Below are positions 19,133 through 28,355 of a stretch of DNA of 64,000 bases, one piece after another. The notes under the pieces were generated by a model. The model searched no databases. It worked only from the letters and a program-made list of their open reading frames with translations, and was not told where the DNA came from. The DNA comes from a virus, in the IMG/VR virus record IMGVR_UViG_3300042558_005646. The stretch is one strand, 5' to 3'. The position numbers and the translations under genes were made by a program. Each line of letters opens with the position of its first letter. Within the stretch, counting starts at the first letter, position 1.

Positions 19133-21259
19133 ATGGCAAATCAATACAACGAAAACTCCATTCAGATTTTGGAGAGCCAAGAAGCAGTACGTACACGTCC
19201 TGCAATGTATATTGGTGATACTGGTAAAAGGGGACTTCATCACCTTGTTTGGGAAATTTTGGACAACTCTGTTGATGAGCATATGGCTGGCCATTGTTCC
19301 AAAATTGATGTCATTGTTTCTAAAGACAATCGCACTCTGACAGTAATTGATAATGGACGTGGAATTCCAACGGCTGTTAAGCAAGAAGACCCTAAAAAGC
19401 GTAGTACTCTTGAAATTGTATTAACTGAACTTCATGCTGGTGGAAAATTTGGTGATGATGGTTCTGGCTACGAAGCATCTGGTGGTTTGCACGGTGTTGG
19501 TGCTTCTTGTGTAAACTTTCTTTCATTGAATCTTGATGTTGAAGTTTCTCGTGATAAGAAGAAATATCAATTATCTTTTGAGCGTGGTATTCCAGTTTCT
19601 TCTGTCAAGGAAATTGGCACATCAAATTCTACTGGAACTAAAATTTCTTTTACTCCTGACTATAATATTTTTGGTCAATTTGCAGTTGAAGATGCTTTTC
19701 GTGAAGTTCTTGTAGACGATTTTGAAATTGATGAAGTGTTTGCTGAATGCTCTGGAAAATGGCGTAAAGCCTTAATTAACGGAGAAGTAAACGGTATTAC
19801 TTTTTACGATATATTTAAGTCAACTAATATTGATGAACAGCTTTTATATGTAATTTATAAAATTTGGAATAAGCGTTCTAATGACAATATCCATTTTGAT
19901 GAAACTGTTATAGTTCGTCGTTTAAAAGAAACTGCATATCTTAATGGTGGCTTGAAGATTGTTTATAAAAACGAGCACACAGGAACCAAAGAAGAATTTT
20001 ATTTTGAAGGTGGAATTGCTGATTACGTAAGTTATCTTGCATCTACTCGTTCAAATCCATATCCATCAAAACCATTTTATTTTGAAAATAAGTCTGGAAA
20101 AGTAAATGTTCAAGTTGCATTCCAATATGCAGAGGATGATGATGAAACAACCTATGCCTATGCAAATAACATTAATACCGCTGATGGTGGTACTCATCTT
20201 AGTGGCTTCAAAACATCTATCACAAGAGTAGTCAATCAATTCTCTCGTTCATTGGGTGTTATCAAGGAAAAAGAGCCTAATTTGACTGGCGAAGATATTC
20301 GTGAGGGTATTGTCGCTATTATCTCTGTTCGCTTACCACAGCCACAATTTGAAGGACAAACTAAGGGCAAACTTGGCTCTCCTGAAGTTGAAGGCGTTGT
20401 AAATAGGCTTTTCTCTGAAGCTCTTACAGAATACTTTGAGAAGAACCCATCTATTCTCAAGATGATTGCTGAACGTGCTTTACGTGCTGCTCGTGCAAGA
20501 GCTGCTGCAAAGAAAGCATCTGAATCTATCAAGCGCCAAGGATTTTTAGGTAAATCAGGTTCACTCCCAGGCAAATTGTCTGACTGTGATACTGAAGATG
20601 TAGCTATTTCTGAGTTATTCTTAGTCGAAGGTGATTCTGCTGCTGGATCTTCAAAGGGTGGCCGAAATCCAATCACTCAAGCAATTCTTCCTATTCGTGG
20701 AAAAATCATCAACCCAGAGAAGAATGAACTTGCTAAACTTCTTGCTAATGAAGAAGTTTCTGCTTTAATTTCAGCAATTGGAACTGGAATTCGTGATGAA
20801 TTCAAGATTGAAGATTTACGTTATGGCAAGATTATCATTATGACTGACGCTGATGATGATGGTGCTCATATTGCAGCTCTTCTTATGACATTCTTCTATC
20901 GATTTATGCGTCCTCTTGTTTTGAAGGGTCATTTGTATCTTGCAAAGCCACCTCTATATCGTGTAACTGTAAAAAATAATCACAATTATATCCATACAGA
21001 AGAAGAACTCAATTCATATCGTGCCAAGTATGGTGATAAAATTGATGTTACACGATTCAAGGGATTGGGCGAAATGGATGCAGATGAGCTTGGACACACA
21101 ACTATGGAAATTGGCACACGTCAAATTATCAAAATTGGTGTTGAAGATGCTGAAGAAGCTTCCAATATGCTTTCTGTTTTGATGGGAAGTGAAGTTGGTC
21201 CACGTAAGGCTCATATTATCAAGAAGTCTTTTGAACGTAGTAAGGAAATTGAAAACTAA
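19133..21259 (+). CDS. gyrB: DNA gyrase subunit B
   Basis: AVRTRPAMYIG, EILDNSVDE, DNGRGIP, HAGGKF, GLHGVG, FEGQTK, LFLVEGDSA, IMTDADDDG, RFKGLGEM; start reassigned to MANQY (AAGGA SD). Confidence 0.95.
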   Translation: MANQYNENSIQILESQEAVRTRPAMYIGDTGKRGLHHLVWEILDNSVDEHMAGHCSKIDVIVSKDNRTLTVIDNGRGIPTAVKQEDPKKRSTLEIVLTELHAGGKFGDDGSGYEASGGLHGVGASCVNFLSLNLDVEVSRDKKKYQLSFERGIPVSSVKEIGTSNSTGTKISFTPDYNIFGQFAVEDAFREVLVDDFEIDEVFAECSGKWRKALINGEVNGITFYDIFKSTNIDEQLLYVIYKIWNKRSNDNIHFDETVIVRRLKETAYLNGGLKIVYKNEHTGTKEEFYFEGGIADYVSYLASTRSNPYPSKPFYFENKSGKVNVQVAFQYAEDDDETTYAYANNINTADGGTHLSGFKTSITRVVNQFSRSLGVIKEKEPNLTGEDIREGIVAIISVRLPQPQFEGQTKGKLGSPEVEGVVNRLFSEALTEYFEKNPSILKMIAERALRAARARAAAKKASESIKRQGFLGKSGSLPGKLSDCDTEDVAISELFLVEGDSAAGSSKGGRNPITQAILPIRGKIINPEKNELAKLLANEEVSALISAIGTGIRDEFKIEDLRYGKIIIMTDADDDGAHIAALLMTFFYRFMRPLVLKGHLYLAKPPLYRVTVKNNHNYIHTEEELNSYRAKYGDKIDVTRFKGLGEMDADELGHTTMEIGTRQIIKIGVEDAEEASNMLSVLMGSEVGPRKAHIIKKSFERSKEIEN

Positions 21260-23778
21260 TGGCTAGGAATCTTAGAGTTAAGAATGTTGTTGAAGCATCA
21301 GACTTAGTTGACACCATTCTTGAAAAGAACTTTGTCGATCTTATCGATGAGCGCTTCACTAACTATGCTTTTGCAGTTATGGAAGATCGTGCACTGCCAG
21401 ATGCTCGTGATGGTATGAAACCTTCACAACGTCGTACCCTGGTTGCAATGGATGACCTTAAACTCCGAGCATCTGGTAAGACTAAGAAGTGTGCAAAGAT
21501 TTGTGGGGATGTATCTGGTAATTACCACCCACACGGAGAAGCAGTAGTTTATCCAACTCTTGTTCGTATGGCACAAACTTGGTCATTGCGTTATCCATTG
21601 ATCACTCCACAGGGGAACTTTGGTTCCCCTGCTCCTGAAGATAAGCCAGCTGCTATGCGTTACACAGAAGCAAAGCTTTCTTCATTTGGTGATTTGATGG
21701 TCAATGAATTGTCTGATCAGGTAGTTCGTTACCAATCTAACTACAATGATGAAATGATGGAGCCAACTGTTCTTCCATCACTCTTCCCTAACTTGATTGT
21801 TAATGGATGTAGTGGAATTGCAGTTGGTTGGGCTACAAATATGGCACCTCACAATTTACGTGAAGTTGCTAAGTTGATTGATGCCTATATCAAGAATCCA
21901 GATATCACAACTGACGAAGCGCTTCAGATTGTTCCAGGTCCAGACTTCCCCATTCGCTGCAAGGTTTTAGGGTTGGATGGTATTCGTTCATACTTTACAA
22001 ATGGACGTGGAACTGTTCAGCTTGAAGGTTATTACGACATTGTTCAAGAGCGTAATCAGGAAATTATCAAGGTAAGTGAATTGCCTTATGGTAGTAGTGC
22101 TGAAAGCTTTTGTCGTGAAATCAAAGACCTTGTTGAAAGTAAGAAAATTGAGGGAATTACTGGTCTCAAGAATCTTACAAGTAAGAAGGGTATGGATGTT
22201 CGCATCTGGCTTCATAAGACTGCAAGTTCTCAAGTTGTTCTGAATCAACTTCTTAAACGGACATCTCTTCGAACAAGCTTTTCTGTCAATTCCACTGTTC
22301 TTTTGGACGGCAAGAAAGTTGTTGAGAATGTTTCCATTCTCCAGCTTGTAAAGGCTTTTGTAGATCATCGTAAAGAAGTTCTCACAAATAAATTTACTGC
22401 TGAACACGCTAAGAACAGTGCACGTATCCATATTCTTGAGGGTCTTCTTGGAATTACTGACAAGATTGATGCTGTAATTAAGCTTGTTCGCAATGCTGAT
22501 AATAAAGAAGAAGCAGCAAAAGAACTTATTGCTCAAGAGTTTGTGACATCACAAGAACAAGCTGATGCAGTTCTCCGAATTACTCTTGGAAACCTGACTA
22601 AGCTTGATACTCGTGCATTACAAGATGAGTTTGATAAGTTGACCAAGCGAAATGAATGGTTGGCTGCTCAATTGGCATCAGAAAAGAAAATGCTTGGTCT
22701 TATTTCCAAAGAACAGCTTGAACTTGCTGAAAAGTTTGGAGATGATCGACGCTCTGAAATTCTTGCCCTTGAAGATGAAATTTCTTATGAAGATTTAATC
22801 AAAGAAGAAGAAATTATCGTTTCTCTTACTAAAGATGGATATATCAAGCGTGTTCCACTTGATACTTTCAGAACACAAAACCGTGGTGGCAAGGGTGTAA
22901 TTGGAGTAAAGGGTCGTGAAGAAGATGAAGCTTCTGATATCTTCAGCGGTACAACTCATGACTTATTCTTGTTCTTTACAAATCAAGGTAATTTACTGAA
23001 GAAGAAGGGTTATGAAATTCCCCTTGCTTCACGTACATCCAAGGGTACTCACCTTAATAATCTTTTGAATTTGACTGAAGGTGAAACAGTCTCGTCAACT
23101 ATTACTTTAAAGTCTTTAGATATTGATGGCTATTTCATTATGGTCACACACAAAGGATTGATTAAGCGTTCTGAAATTCGTGAATACAATACTAGTTTAC
23201 GAAAGCGTGGGTTGAAGGCCATCAGTCTAACTGAAGGCGACAACTTGAACTTTGTGATGAATACTGATGGAAACAAGGATGTAATGCTTGTTACTTCATT
23301 GGGCATGGCTGTTCGTTATAATGAAACTTTAGTTCGCTGTATTGGTAAGAATGGTCAAGGTAGCCGTTCAATGCTTCTAAGGCCTGAAGATAGTATTGCT
23401 GCTATGCTTGCAATTGATGCAGAGTCTGATCCTTCTGTCTTGGTAATTACTGAACTTGGCAAGGGTAAAAAGACTTCTGCTTCAGAATATCGCTCAACTG
23501 CAGGTAGATCTGTAAAGGGCCAAAGAACCATCAATCAGACAAAGCGTGAGCAGACAGGCAAAATTGTTTCAGCTCTTGCTATTAATGACAATGATGACAT
23601 CTTGGTACTGACAAACAGGGGTAAGATGATGCGTTGCAATTTGGACAGTTTGCGCAATAAATCCAAGGCTACACAAGCTACTACTATTGTTGCTTTAGAC
23701 GATAATGATTCAGTACAAACTGCAGTGGTTGTTCCTAATGTAGGCGAATCTGAGTTTGAAGAAGAATTTACAGAATAA
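21259..23778 (+). CDS. gyrA: DNA gyrase subunit A
   Basis: RALPDARDG, YHPHG, catalytic AAMRYTE, GIAVG, GyrA-box QNRGGKG, beta-pinwheel repeats, acidic tail; TAATG coupling to gyrB. Confidence 0.95.
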   Translation: MARNLRVKNVVEASDLVDTILEKNFVDLIDERFTNYAFAVMEDRALPDARDGMKPSQRRTLVAMDDLKLRASGKTKKCAKICGDVSGNYHPHGEAVVYPTLVRMAQTWSLRYPLITPQGNFGSPAPEDKPAAMRYTEAKLSSFGDLMVNELSDQVVRYQSNYNDEMMEPTVLPSLFPNLIVNGCSGIAVGWATNMAPHNLREVAKLIDAYIKNPDITTDEALQIVPGPDFPIRCKVLGLDGIRSYFTNGRGTVQLEGYYDIVQERNQEIIKVSELPYGSSAESFCREIKDLVESKKIEGITGLKNLTSKKGMDVRIWLHKTASSQVVLNQLLKRTSLRTSFSVNSTVLLDGKKVVENVSILQLVKAFVDHRKEVLTNKFTAEHAKNSARIHILEGLLGITDKIDAVIKLVRNADNKEEAAKELIAQEFVTSQEQADAVLRITLGNLTKLDTRALQDEFDKLTKRNEWLAAQLASEKKMLGLISKEQLELAEKFGDDRRSEILALEDEISYEDLIKEEEIIVSLTKDGYIKRVPLDTFRTQNRGGKGVIGVKGREEDEASDIFSGTTHDLFLFFTNQGNLLKKKGYEIPLASRTSKGTHLNNLLNLTEGETVSSTITLKSLDIDGYFIMVTHKGLIKRSEIREYNTSLRKRGLKAISLTEGDNLNFVMNTDGNKDVMLVTSLGMAVRYNETLVRCIGKNGQGSRSMLLRPEDSIAAMLAIDAESDPSVLVITELGKGKKTSASEYRSTAGRSVKGQRTINQTKREQTGKIVSALAINDNDDILVLTNRGKMMRCNLDSLRNKSKATQATTIVALDDNDSVQTAVVVPNVGESEFEEEFTE

Positions 23779-23788
23779 GGTGTAAATT

Positions 23789-24175
23789 ATGGCTAACGCA
23801 TTGTTTGATAGTGGTAGAGATGGTTTTTTGAATGGTGAATTTAATTGGTCAGCAGATTCTTTTAAAGTAATTTTGCTTTCTAGTCAATATACAGTAGATT
23901 TACTCAATCATACTACTACAGCAAACGTTGGCGGAACTGTCGCAATATCAGGAGTTATGACAACCATAACTCCTGGTAAAGGCGTAGCAGATGCAAATGA
24001 CTTAACTATTTCTGGAGTTGCTGGAACTACAATTACGCAATATATTGTGTATCACGATATTAGTAAAAAACTTATAGCATATTTTGACACATCTTCAAAC
24101 TTACCTGTGACTCCCAATGGTGGAAACATTACTCTGCAATGGAGTAATACAGATAACAGAATTTTCAAGCTCTAG
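23789..24175 (+). CDS. Putative minor tail/structural protein
   Basis: MANALFDSGRDGFLNGEFNW...KLIAYFD...PNGGNITLQW resembles a widespread phage minor-tail family (from recall). Confidence 0.55.
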   Translation: MANALFDSGRDGFLNGEFNWSADSFKVILLSSQYTVDLLNHTTTANVGGTVAISGVMTTITPGKGVADANDLTISGVAGTTITQYIVYHDISKKLIAYFDTSSNLPVTPNGGNITLQWSNTDNRIFKL

Positions 24176-24194
24176 ATTTTCTAGAGCTTTTTTT
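24167..24194 (+). terminator. Intrinsic terminator
   Basis: AAGCTCTAG-atttt-CTAGAGCTT followed by a T-run, overlapping the TAG stop. Confidence 0.7.
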
Positions 24195-24244
24195 ATAGGT
24201 AAAAGTATGTGAAAAATGGGAATTTTAACAATTGAGACCCAATA

Positions 24245-25075
24245 ATGAACAACGCAACTATAAAATCTTGGATAAATAGAGCATACTTTTTTGATTCTAG
24301 CCATGTAAATGTGTTTGTTGCTTCTGGCACTGGTGGAACTGGTGGAGGAAGCGGTGGCACAGGAGGCACTGGAGGAGGCGGTGGTGGAGGCGGTGGGGGC
24401 GGTACAAGTGGTACTGGAAACACTGTATTGTACTTTTCTGTACCAAATTCTTCATCATATCCAGGTACTGGTTTTACTATTTATGACCTCAGTAATTATG
24501 GAAACAATGGATACCTTTACAATGGTGTTTCTTATTTTGATAATGGAGCTGCTGACTATTTATTCTTTGATGGAACCAATAATTACGTTGGAATAAATTC
24601 CACTGTCACTAGAAACACAAATGATGTCAATATTACTGTATGGGTCAATTCCTCTATAGTTGCTCAATCAGGTCAGATGATTGTTTACATAGGAAGTGAG
24701 CAAAACTTAAATGGCTACGGTGTTGCTATCAATAAAGAATATGTAACTTCTGGCAATGTTTACATAAGATATGGAAATGTACGTTGGTACAATTCTGGAA
24801 TTGCATTATCATCTAATTCTTGGAATCATATTTCACTGAATATTAATAGTGATACTTCTAATGATTTATATGTTAATGGAATCTTACGTTATTCTGGTCC
24901 TGCATCTGCAATATATACACCAACTTTACACACTGAAATAGGAAGAAGTGACTTTACTACATATGCTTATCCTAGATACTTAAATGGAAAAGTATCGCAA
25001 GTTCTCATTTCAAGTGGAATACTTACAACAAGTGAAATAGTAGCACATTACAATTCTACTAAAAATAATTACTAA
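24245..25075 (+). CDS. LamG / concanavalin A-like jelly-roll protein with Gly-Thr-rich N-terminal linker
   Basis: IYDLSNYGNNGYLYNG, FDGTNNYV, ITVWVN, WNHI, LYVNG, YLNGKVSQVLI...LTTSEIVAHYN. Confidence 0.75.
   Translation: MNNATIKSWINRAYFFDSSHVNVFVASGTGGTGGGSGGTGGTGGGGGGGGGGGTSGTGNTVLYFSVPNSSSYPGTGFTIYDLSNYGNNGYLYNGVSYFDNGAADYLFFDGTNNYVGINSTVTRNTNDVNITVWVNSSIVAQSGQMIVYIGSEQNLNGYGVAINKEYVTSGNVYIRYGNVRWYNSGIALSSNSWNHISLNINSDTSNDLYVNGILRYSGPASAIYTPTLHTEIGRSDFTTYAYPRYLNGKVSQVLISSGILTTSEIVAHYNSTKNNY
24328..24420 (+). repeat. GGN-rich low-complexity repeat encoding a poly-Gly linker
   Basis: ggcactggtggaactggtggaggaagcggtggc...; produces shadow ORFs in other frames. Confidence 0.8.
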
Positions 25076-25088
25076 ATGGAATATAGAT

Positions 25089-25406
25089 ATGCTTAACAAT
25101 GAATATTTATCAGGAACAACTCTTAAAATTTATGCTCACTTGAAAGATGAAAGTGGTACTGGTGTTTCAGCAGATAGTTTAACTTTCTATATGACTGAAC
25201 CAGGTGGAATCGGGCATACATATTATTATAATGTTGGATCAGGAAGTGGAAATTCTGAACCTGTTCAAGCTACAGATACAGTGGGCATATATTATAAACA
25301 ATGGACTCCATCTAGAATTGGTACTTACAAATATTCTTGGAAAGCCTCAGGAACAATACAAACTACTTACAAAAGTTTTTTTGAAGTAAAGGATTATGAG
25401 TGGTAA
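25089..25406 (+). CDS. Hypothetical Ig-like structural protein
   Basis: 105-aa beta-rich ORF (GIYYKQWTPSRIGTYKYSWKASG) within the structural run. Confidence 0.6.
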   Translation: MLNNEYLSGTTLKIYAHLKDESGTGVSADSLTFYMTEPGGIGHTYYYNVGSGSGNSEPVQATDTVGIYYKQWTPSRIGTYKYSWKASGTIQTTYKSFFEVKDYEW

Positions 25407-26357
25407 ATGGCATTTCCTGGTATCTTAACAAGAGCTGAATTCTCTACTGGACTGAATACGAAAGGTATTTGTGTCAATGGTAAATACTTGATTGTTGAAA
25501 ATTTCAATGTCAATCAAGTTCAAGATCATGACTTAAACAACTACATTCAAGGTGGTCCAGCTTATGCTATATACAACTTGGGTGCTAAAAAATATGAAGG
25601 TTCAATATCATTTCCATTAAGAGTTGATCAAGATGGCAACCTAGAAGAGGCTTCAAAAATAATATTGCAATATGCTGCAAAGCCCATGTCAGCTTTGAGA
25701 ATTGATACTCATCATTTACTTTCAAGCAAAACCACTACTGTGGTCAACCCTGGAACTGATGATAATAAAAACCTTTCATTAGATTCTGTAGTAATAAGTA
25801 GCTTGACTCTTACTGCTAGTGAAAATAATAATGTTATGGTCAATATAAATTTGACTGCTATGGTAGATACTGAAACAGAGTCAACTTTTAATTTTAGCAC
25901 TGAATACATATTAGGCAAAACGCTCTCATGGGCAGACTGCAATGCTAGTAGAAAAGAATCTTCTATGAGAACTACAAGCAGTATTGAAGTTAGAATTGAA
26001 AATGAATTAGTCACTCCAGTCTTTTTAATGCCATATTTATCTTTCCCTGGATCAGCTGTAACTGAACAGAATGATCAGATTGAATTGATAGGTGTTCAAT
26101 CAACAAAATGGTCAGGGTCATTCACTGAAGTTATCAGAAATGGGTCTGATTTAAACACATTCATTCATGGTGGATTAATGCATGACTCAAATCTAGTTTT
26201 GAGATTTGGACCAGTCACCACCACTTATCCAAATCCAGTTTTCAAGATTGGACAAACTCCTTTGACAGCACAAATAATAAGGAGAACGACAGAATGGGCT
26301 GGAATTAATAAACCTGATGCTTCTATGAACGACAATGGATTATTCACTTTTGTTTAA
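25407..26357 (+). CDS. Tail-tube-like protein, paralog of 26447-27466
   Basis: YLIVENFNV...IQGGP..AIYNLG...EGSISFPL aligns by eye with YIVESASR...MQGSP..RIMDIG...TISIQAPI. Confidence 0.5.
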   Translation: MAFPGILTRAEFSTGLNTKGICVNGKYLIVENFNVNQVQDHDLNNYIQGGPAYAIYNLGAKKYEGSISFPLRVDQDGNLEEASKIILQYAAKPMSALRIDTHHLLSSKTTTVVNPGTDDNKNLSLDSVVISSLTLTASENNNVMVNINLTAMVDTETESTFNFSTEYILGKTLSWADCNASRKESSMRTTSSIEVRIENELVTPVFLMPYLSFPGSAVTEQNDQIELIGVQSTKWSGSFTEVIRNGSDLNTFIHGGLMHDSNLVLRFGPVTTTYPNPVFKIGQTPLTAQIIRRTTEWAGINKPDASMNDNGLFTFV

Positions 26358-26446
26358 AAAGGTAAGCATCAATGAAAAAAAGAATATTTTGAATAACCTA
26401 AAAAAACAAAAGAAGTTAATAAATCTTTTGAAAGTGAGTTGATAAA

Positions 26447-27466
26447 ATGCCTATTAACAATGATATACTTGGTATTTATAAATCAGTGTTTATCACAGTT
26501 GCTGGTGGAACTGCTAGATCATACATTGTAGAGAGCGCAAGTAGAAACATTACTATTGATGCTTCACCTAAGGTCTTGATGCAAGGAAGTCCAAAAACCA
26601 GAATTATGGACATCGGTGGAGTTACTGAGACTATCTCAATCCAAGCTCCTATCTTGATTGGTGGTGGTGCTGCTGCCGACGGAAGAGCTATCGCAACACA
26701 AAAAATCAATGAGATCTTAGATCCTACATCTGCAACCTTACCTATCCTCAAATCAGCTTCATTTAGCATCAATGAAGGTGGTGGATCTGTTTCTCTTACA
26801 CTTGAAAGTGATGGCGATTCAGGACTTGGAACTTCTGCATTCTTCGTTGTAAACTCCAACCAGCCTCACCCAACATTGAATCCTGTTGGAACTGGTGGAT
26901 CTGGTACTACTGCGTTTGGTCCTACAAGAGTTGCTCGTTTCTACGACTTTAGAGCTCAAATTGGTGAAAGAAAATATTTCATCCAAGAAGCAAGTGTTGA
27001 CGTTAACGTTGAAACTCAAAAAACATACTTCATCAACCCTTACGATTTCAGTGATCCAAATGCTGGCTATCAATTAAGTGGTGGTGGCGGTACTATGTTA
27101 CCATCCGTTCTTTCTGGCAACGGAATTTCTTACAAGTATGGTACTCAATTCCCACATATCGGTGTCAATGGCTTGACCATCTCCGGTAAGGGCAAGGGTG
27201 CTGTTGTTGTTGGATCTACATATGCATCTGAAACAACTGCTGGTGTTACCACTCAATCTGCTGGTAGAGCTGTTCTTGCAAGTGCTGGTGATGTTACATT
27301 TGCACTTGAAATTGCACAACAAACTGGCTTTGCTAACGTTGCTCCAACTTGGGGTAGCTTGATCCCTGGTATTGGATTATCAAAAGCAATCATCAATGCT
27401 ACCAACTTCTCTGTAAGCACTGGTATCTTGACTGTTGACTTTGACTTTATGTGCTACGTTGTCTAA
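26447..27466 (+). CDS. Putative major tail tube protein (internally duplicated fold)
   Basis: Beta-rich; C-ending codon bias (ATC/TTC/AAC) suggests high expression; two similar halves. Confidence 0.5.
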   Translation: MPINNDILGIYKSVFITVAGGTARSYIVESASRNITIDASPKVLMQGSPKTRIMDIGGVTETISIQAPILIGGGAAADGRAIATQKINEILDPTSATLPILKSASFSINEGGGSVSLTLESDGDSGLGTSAFFVVNSNQPHPTLNPVGTGGSGTTAFGPTRVARFYDFRAQIGERKYFIQEASVDVNVETQKTYFINPYDFSDPNAGYQLSGGGGTMLPSVLSGNGISYKYGTQFPHIGVNGLTISGKGKGAVVVGSTYASETTAGVTTQSAGRAVLASAGDVTFALEIAQQTGFANVAPTWGSLIPGIGLSKAIINATNFSVSTGILTVDFDFMCYVV

Positions 27467-27471
27467 TTAGA

Positions 27472-27963
27472 TTAGTCATCATCAAACATAAAGTTTTCAT
27501 AATCCCAATCCTCATCTAGAGGATCCATATTATCCCAGACATCAGAAACAATTTTTAAATTGGTCTGGGATAATATGGACAAAATTATTCCATCACATAA
27601 AGACATTACAAAATAAAAATTATTCAAATTTTTATCTAAAAACTTGACAGATGTATAAATTACATCTCCAACTTTATTTTCTATTTCAACACTTACGACT
27701 TCTGATTTATATACTTCAAGCAATTTTACAAAAGCCTGATGTATAGTTTGTATGTGAGAATTCTTGTGGTAATCTTTGGCTACAAAAGTCAACATACCCG
27801 ATTCAAAAGAATTAATTTCTATGGCAGATTTTTTATCTCCATCACTCAATACAATAAAAGATTTTTCTTCGGGGTTTACAACAACACTTTCAACTAAGAT
27901 AGGTATAAGCTCGTAACGGTCACTGTTATCAAGCGAATGCCTATCTATTTTTTTGTCTTTCAT
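27472..27963 (-). CDS. DUF151 / bifunctional nuclease-like protein
   Basis: Scaffold ..VLSDG..AIEINSFES..TIHQAF..VEIENKVGDVIYTSVKF..SLCDGIILS..V.DVWD parallels DUF151 (LPIxIG..THDL..FYA..PSDAIALA). Confidence 0.6.
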   Translation of the reverse strand: MKDKKIDRHSLDNSDRYELIPILVESVVVNPEEKSFIVLSDGDKKSAIEINSFESGMLTFVAKDYHKNSHIQTIHQAFVKLLEVYKSEVVSVEIENKVGDVIYTSVKFLDKNLNNFYFVMSLCDGIILSILSQTNLKIVSDVWDNMDPLDEDWDYENFMFDDD

Positions 27964-28355
27964 TTTTTATCAATTCCACATTTTTTACATTGATTGCAAA
28001 GTTTGTCGTTAACTATTGATGAGATAGCCATTATAAGACCACCACCAATCATAAAAATATTAAATAAATCAATTTCAAAATCATGATGATCATTATGTTT
28101 GTGCAACAGTCTTCCTGTTACAAATAAAAATAATCCCAAAGCCAATAATGCAACTGCTTTATTTGATTTATGTTGTCTGTATCCAAAACAAACATTTGAG
28201 ATATTAAATATTAATGAAACTGCCAATAAAATATATTCGAAAGTTTCATTAATAAATAAATAAACGCCAGTTGTAGGAACTAAAATAAATAGTAATGGCA
28301 ATAAAGTGCAGTGTATTGCACAAATTATAGAAGCCCAAACTCCTGCCTTTTTCAT
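27960..28355 (-). CDS. MerC-domain membrane protein
   Basis: GVWASIICAIHCTLLPLL; GYRQHK; four TM segments; His-rich loop HKHNDHH. Confidence 0.8.
   Translation of the reverse strand: MKKAGVWASIICAIHCTLLPLLFILVPTTGVYLFINETFEYILLAVSLIFNISNVCFGYRQHKSNKAVALLALGLFLFVTGRLLHKHNDHHDFEIDLFNIFMIGGGLIMAISSIVNDKLCNQCKKCGIDKK

Noticed and set aside
19673-19888. Intein in GyrB (likewise in the helicase insertion)
   Set aside because: No N-terminal Cys/Ser block, no His-Asn C-terminus and no LAGLIDADG motif.
20236-22536. Long antisense ORFs inside gyrB/gyrA (20236-20676, 21988-22536)
   Set aside because: Typical shadow ORFs arising from biased codon usage in conserved genes; no SD or recognisable motifs.
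24218-24247. 9-codon ORF (MGILTIETQ) abutting the LamG start, possibly a broken 5' end
   Set aside because: Too short to assess; no evidence for a frameshift or for homology upstream.
24193-24596. Pro-rich minus-strand ORF and alternative-frame ORF at the LamG gene
   Set aside because: By-products of the GGN poly-glycine repeat.
27960-28355. Mercury-resistance (mer) operon
   Set aside because: Only a MerC-domain gene is present; no merA, merP, merT or merR.
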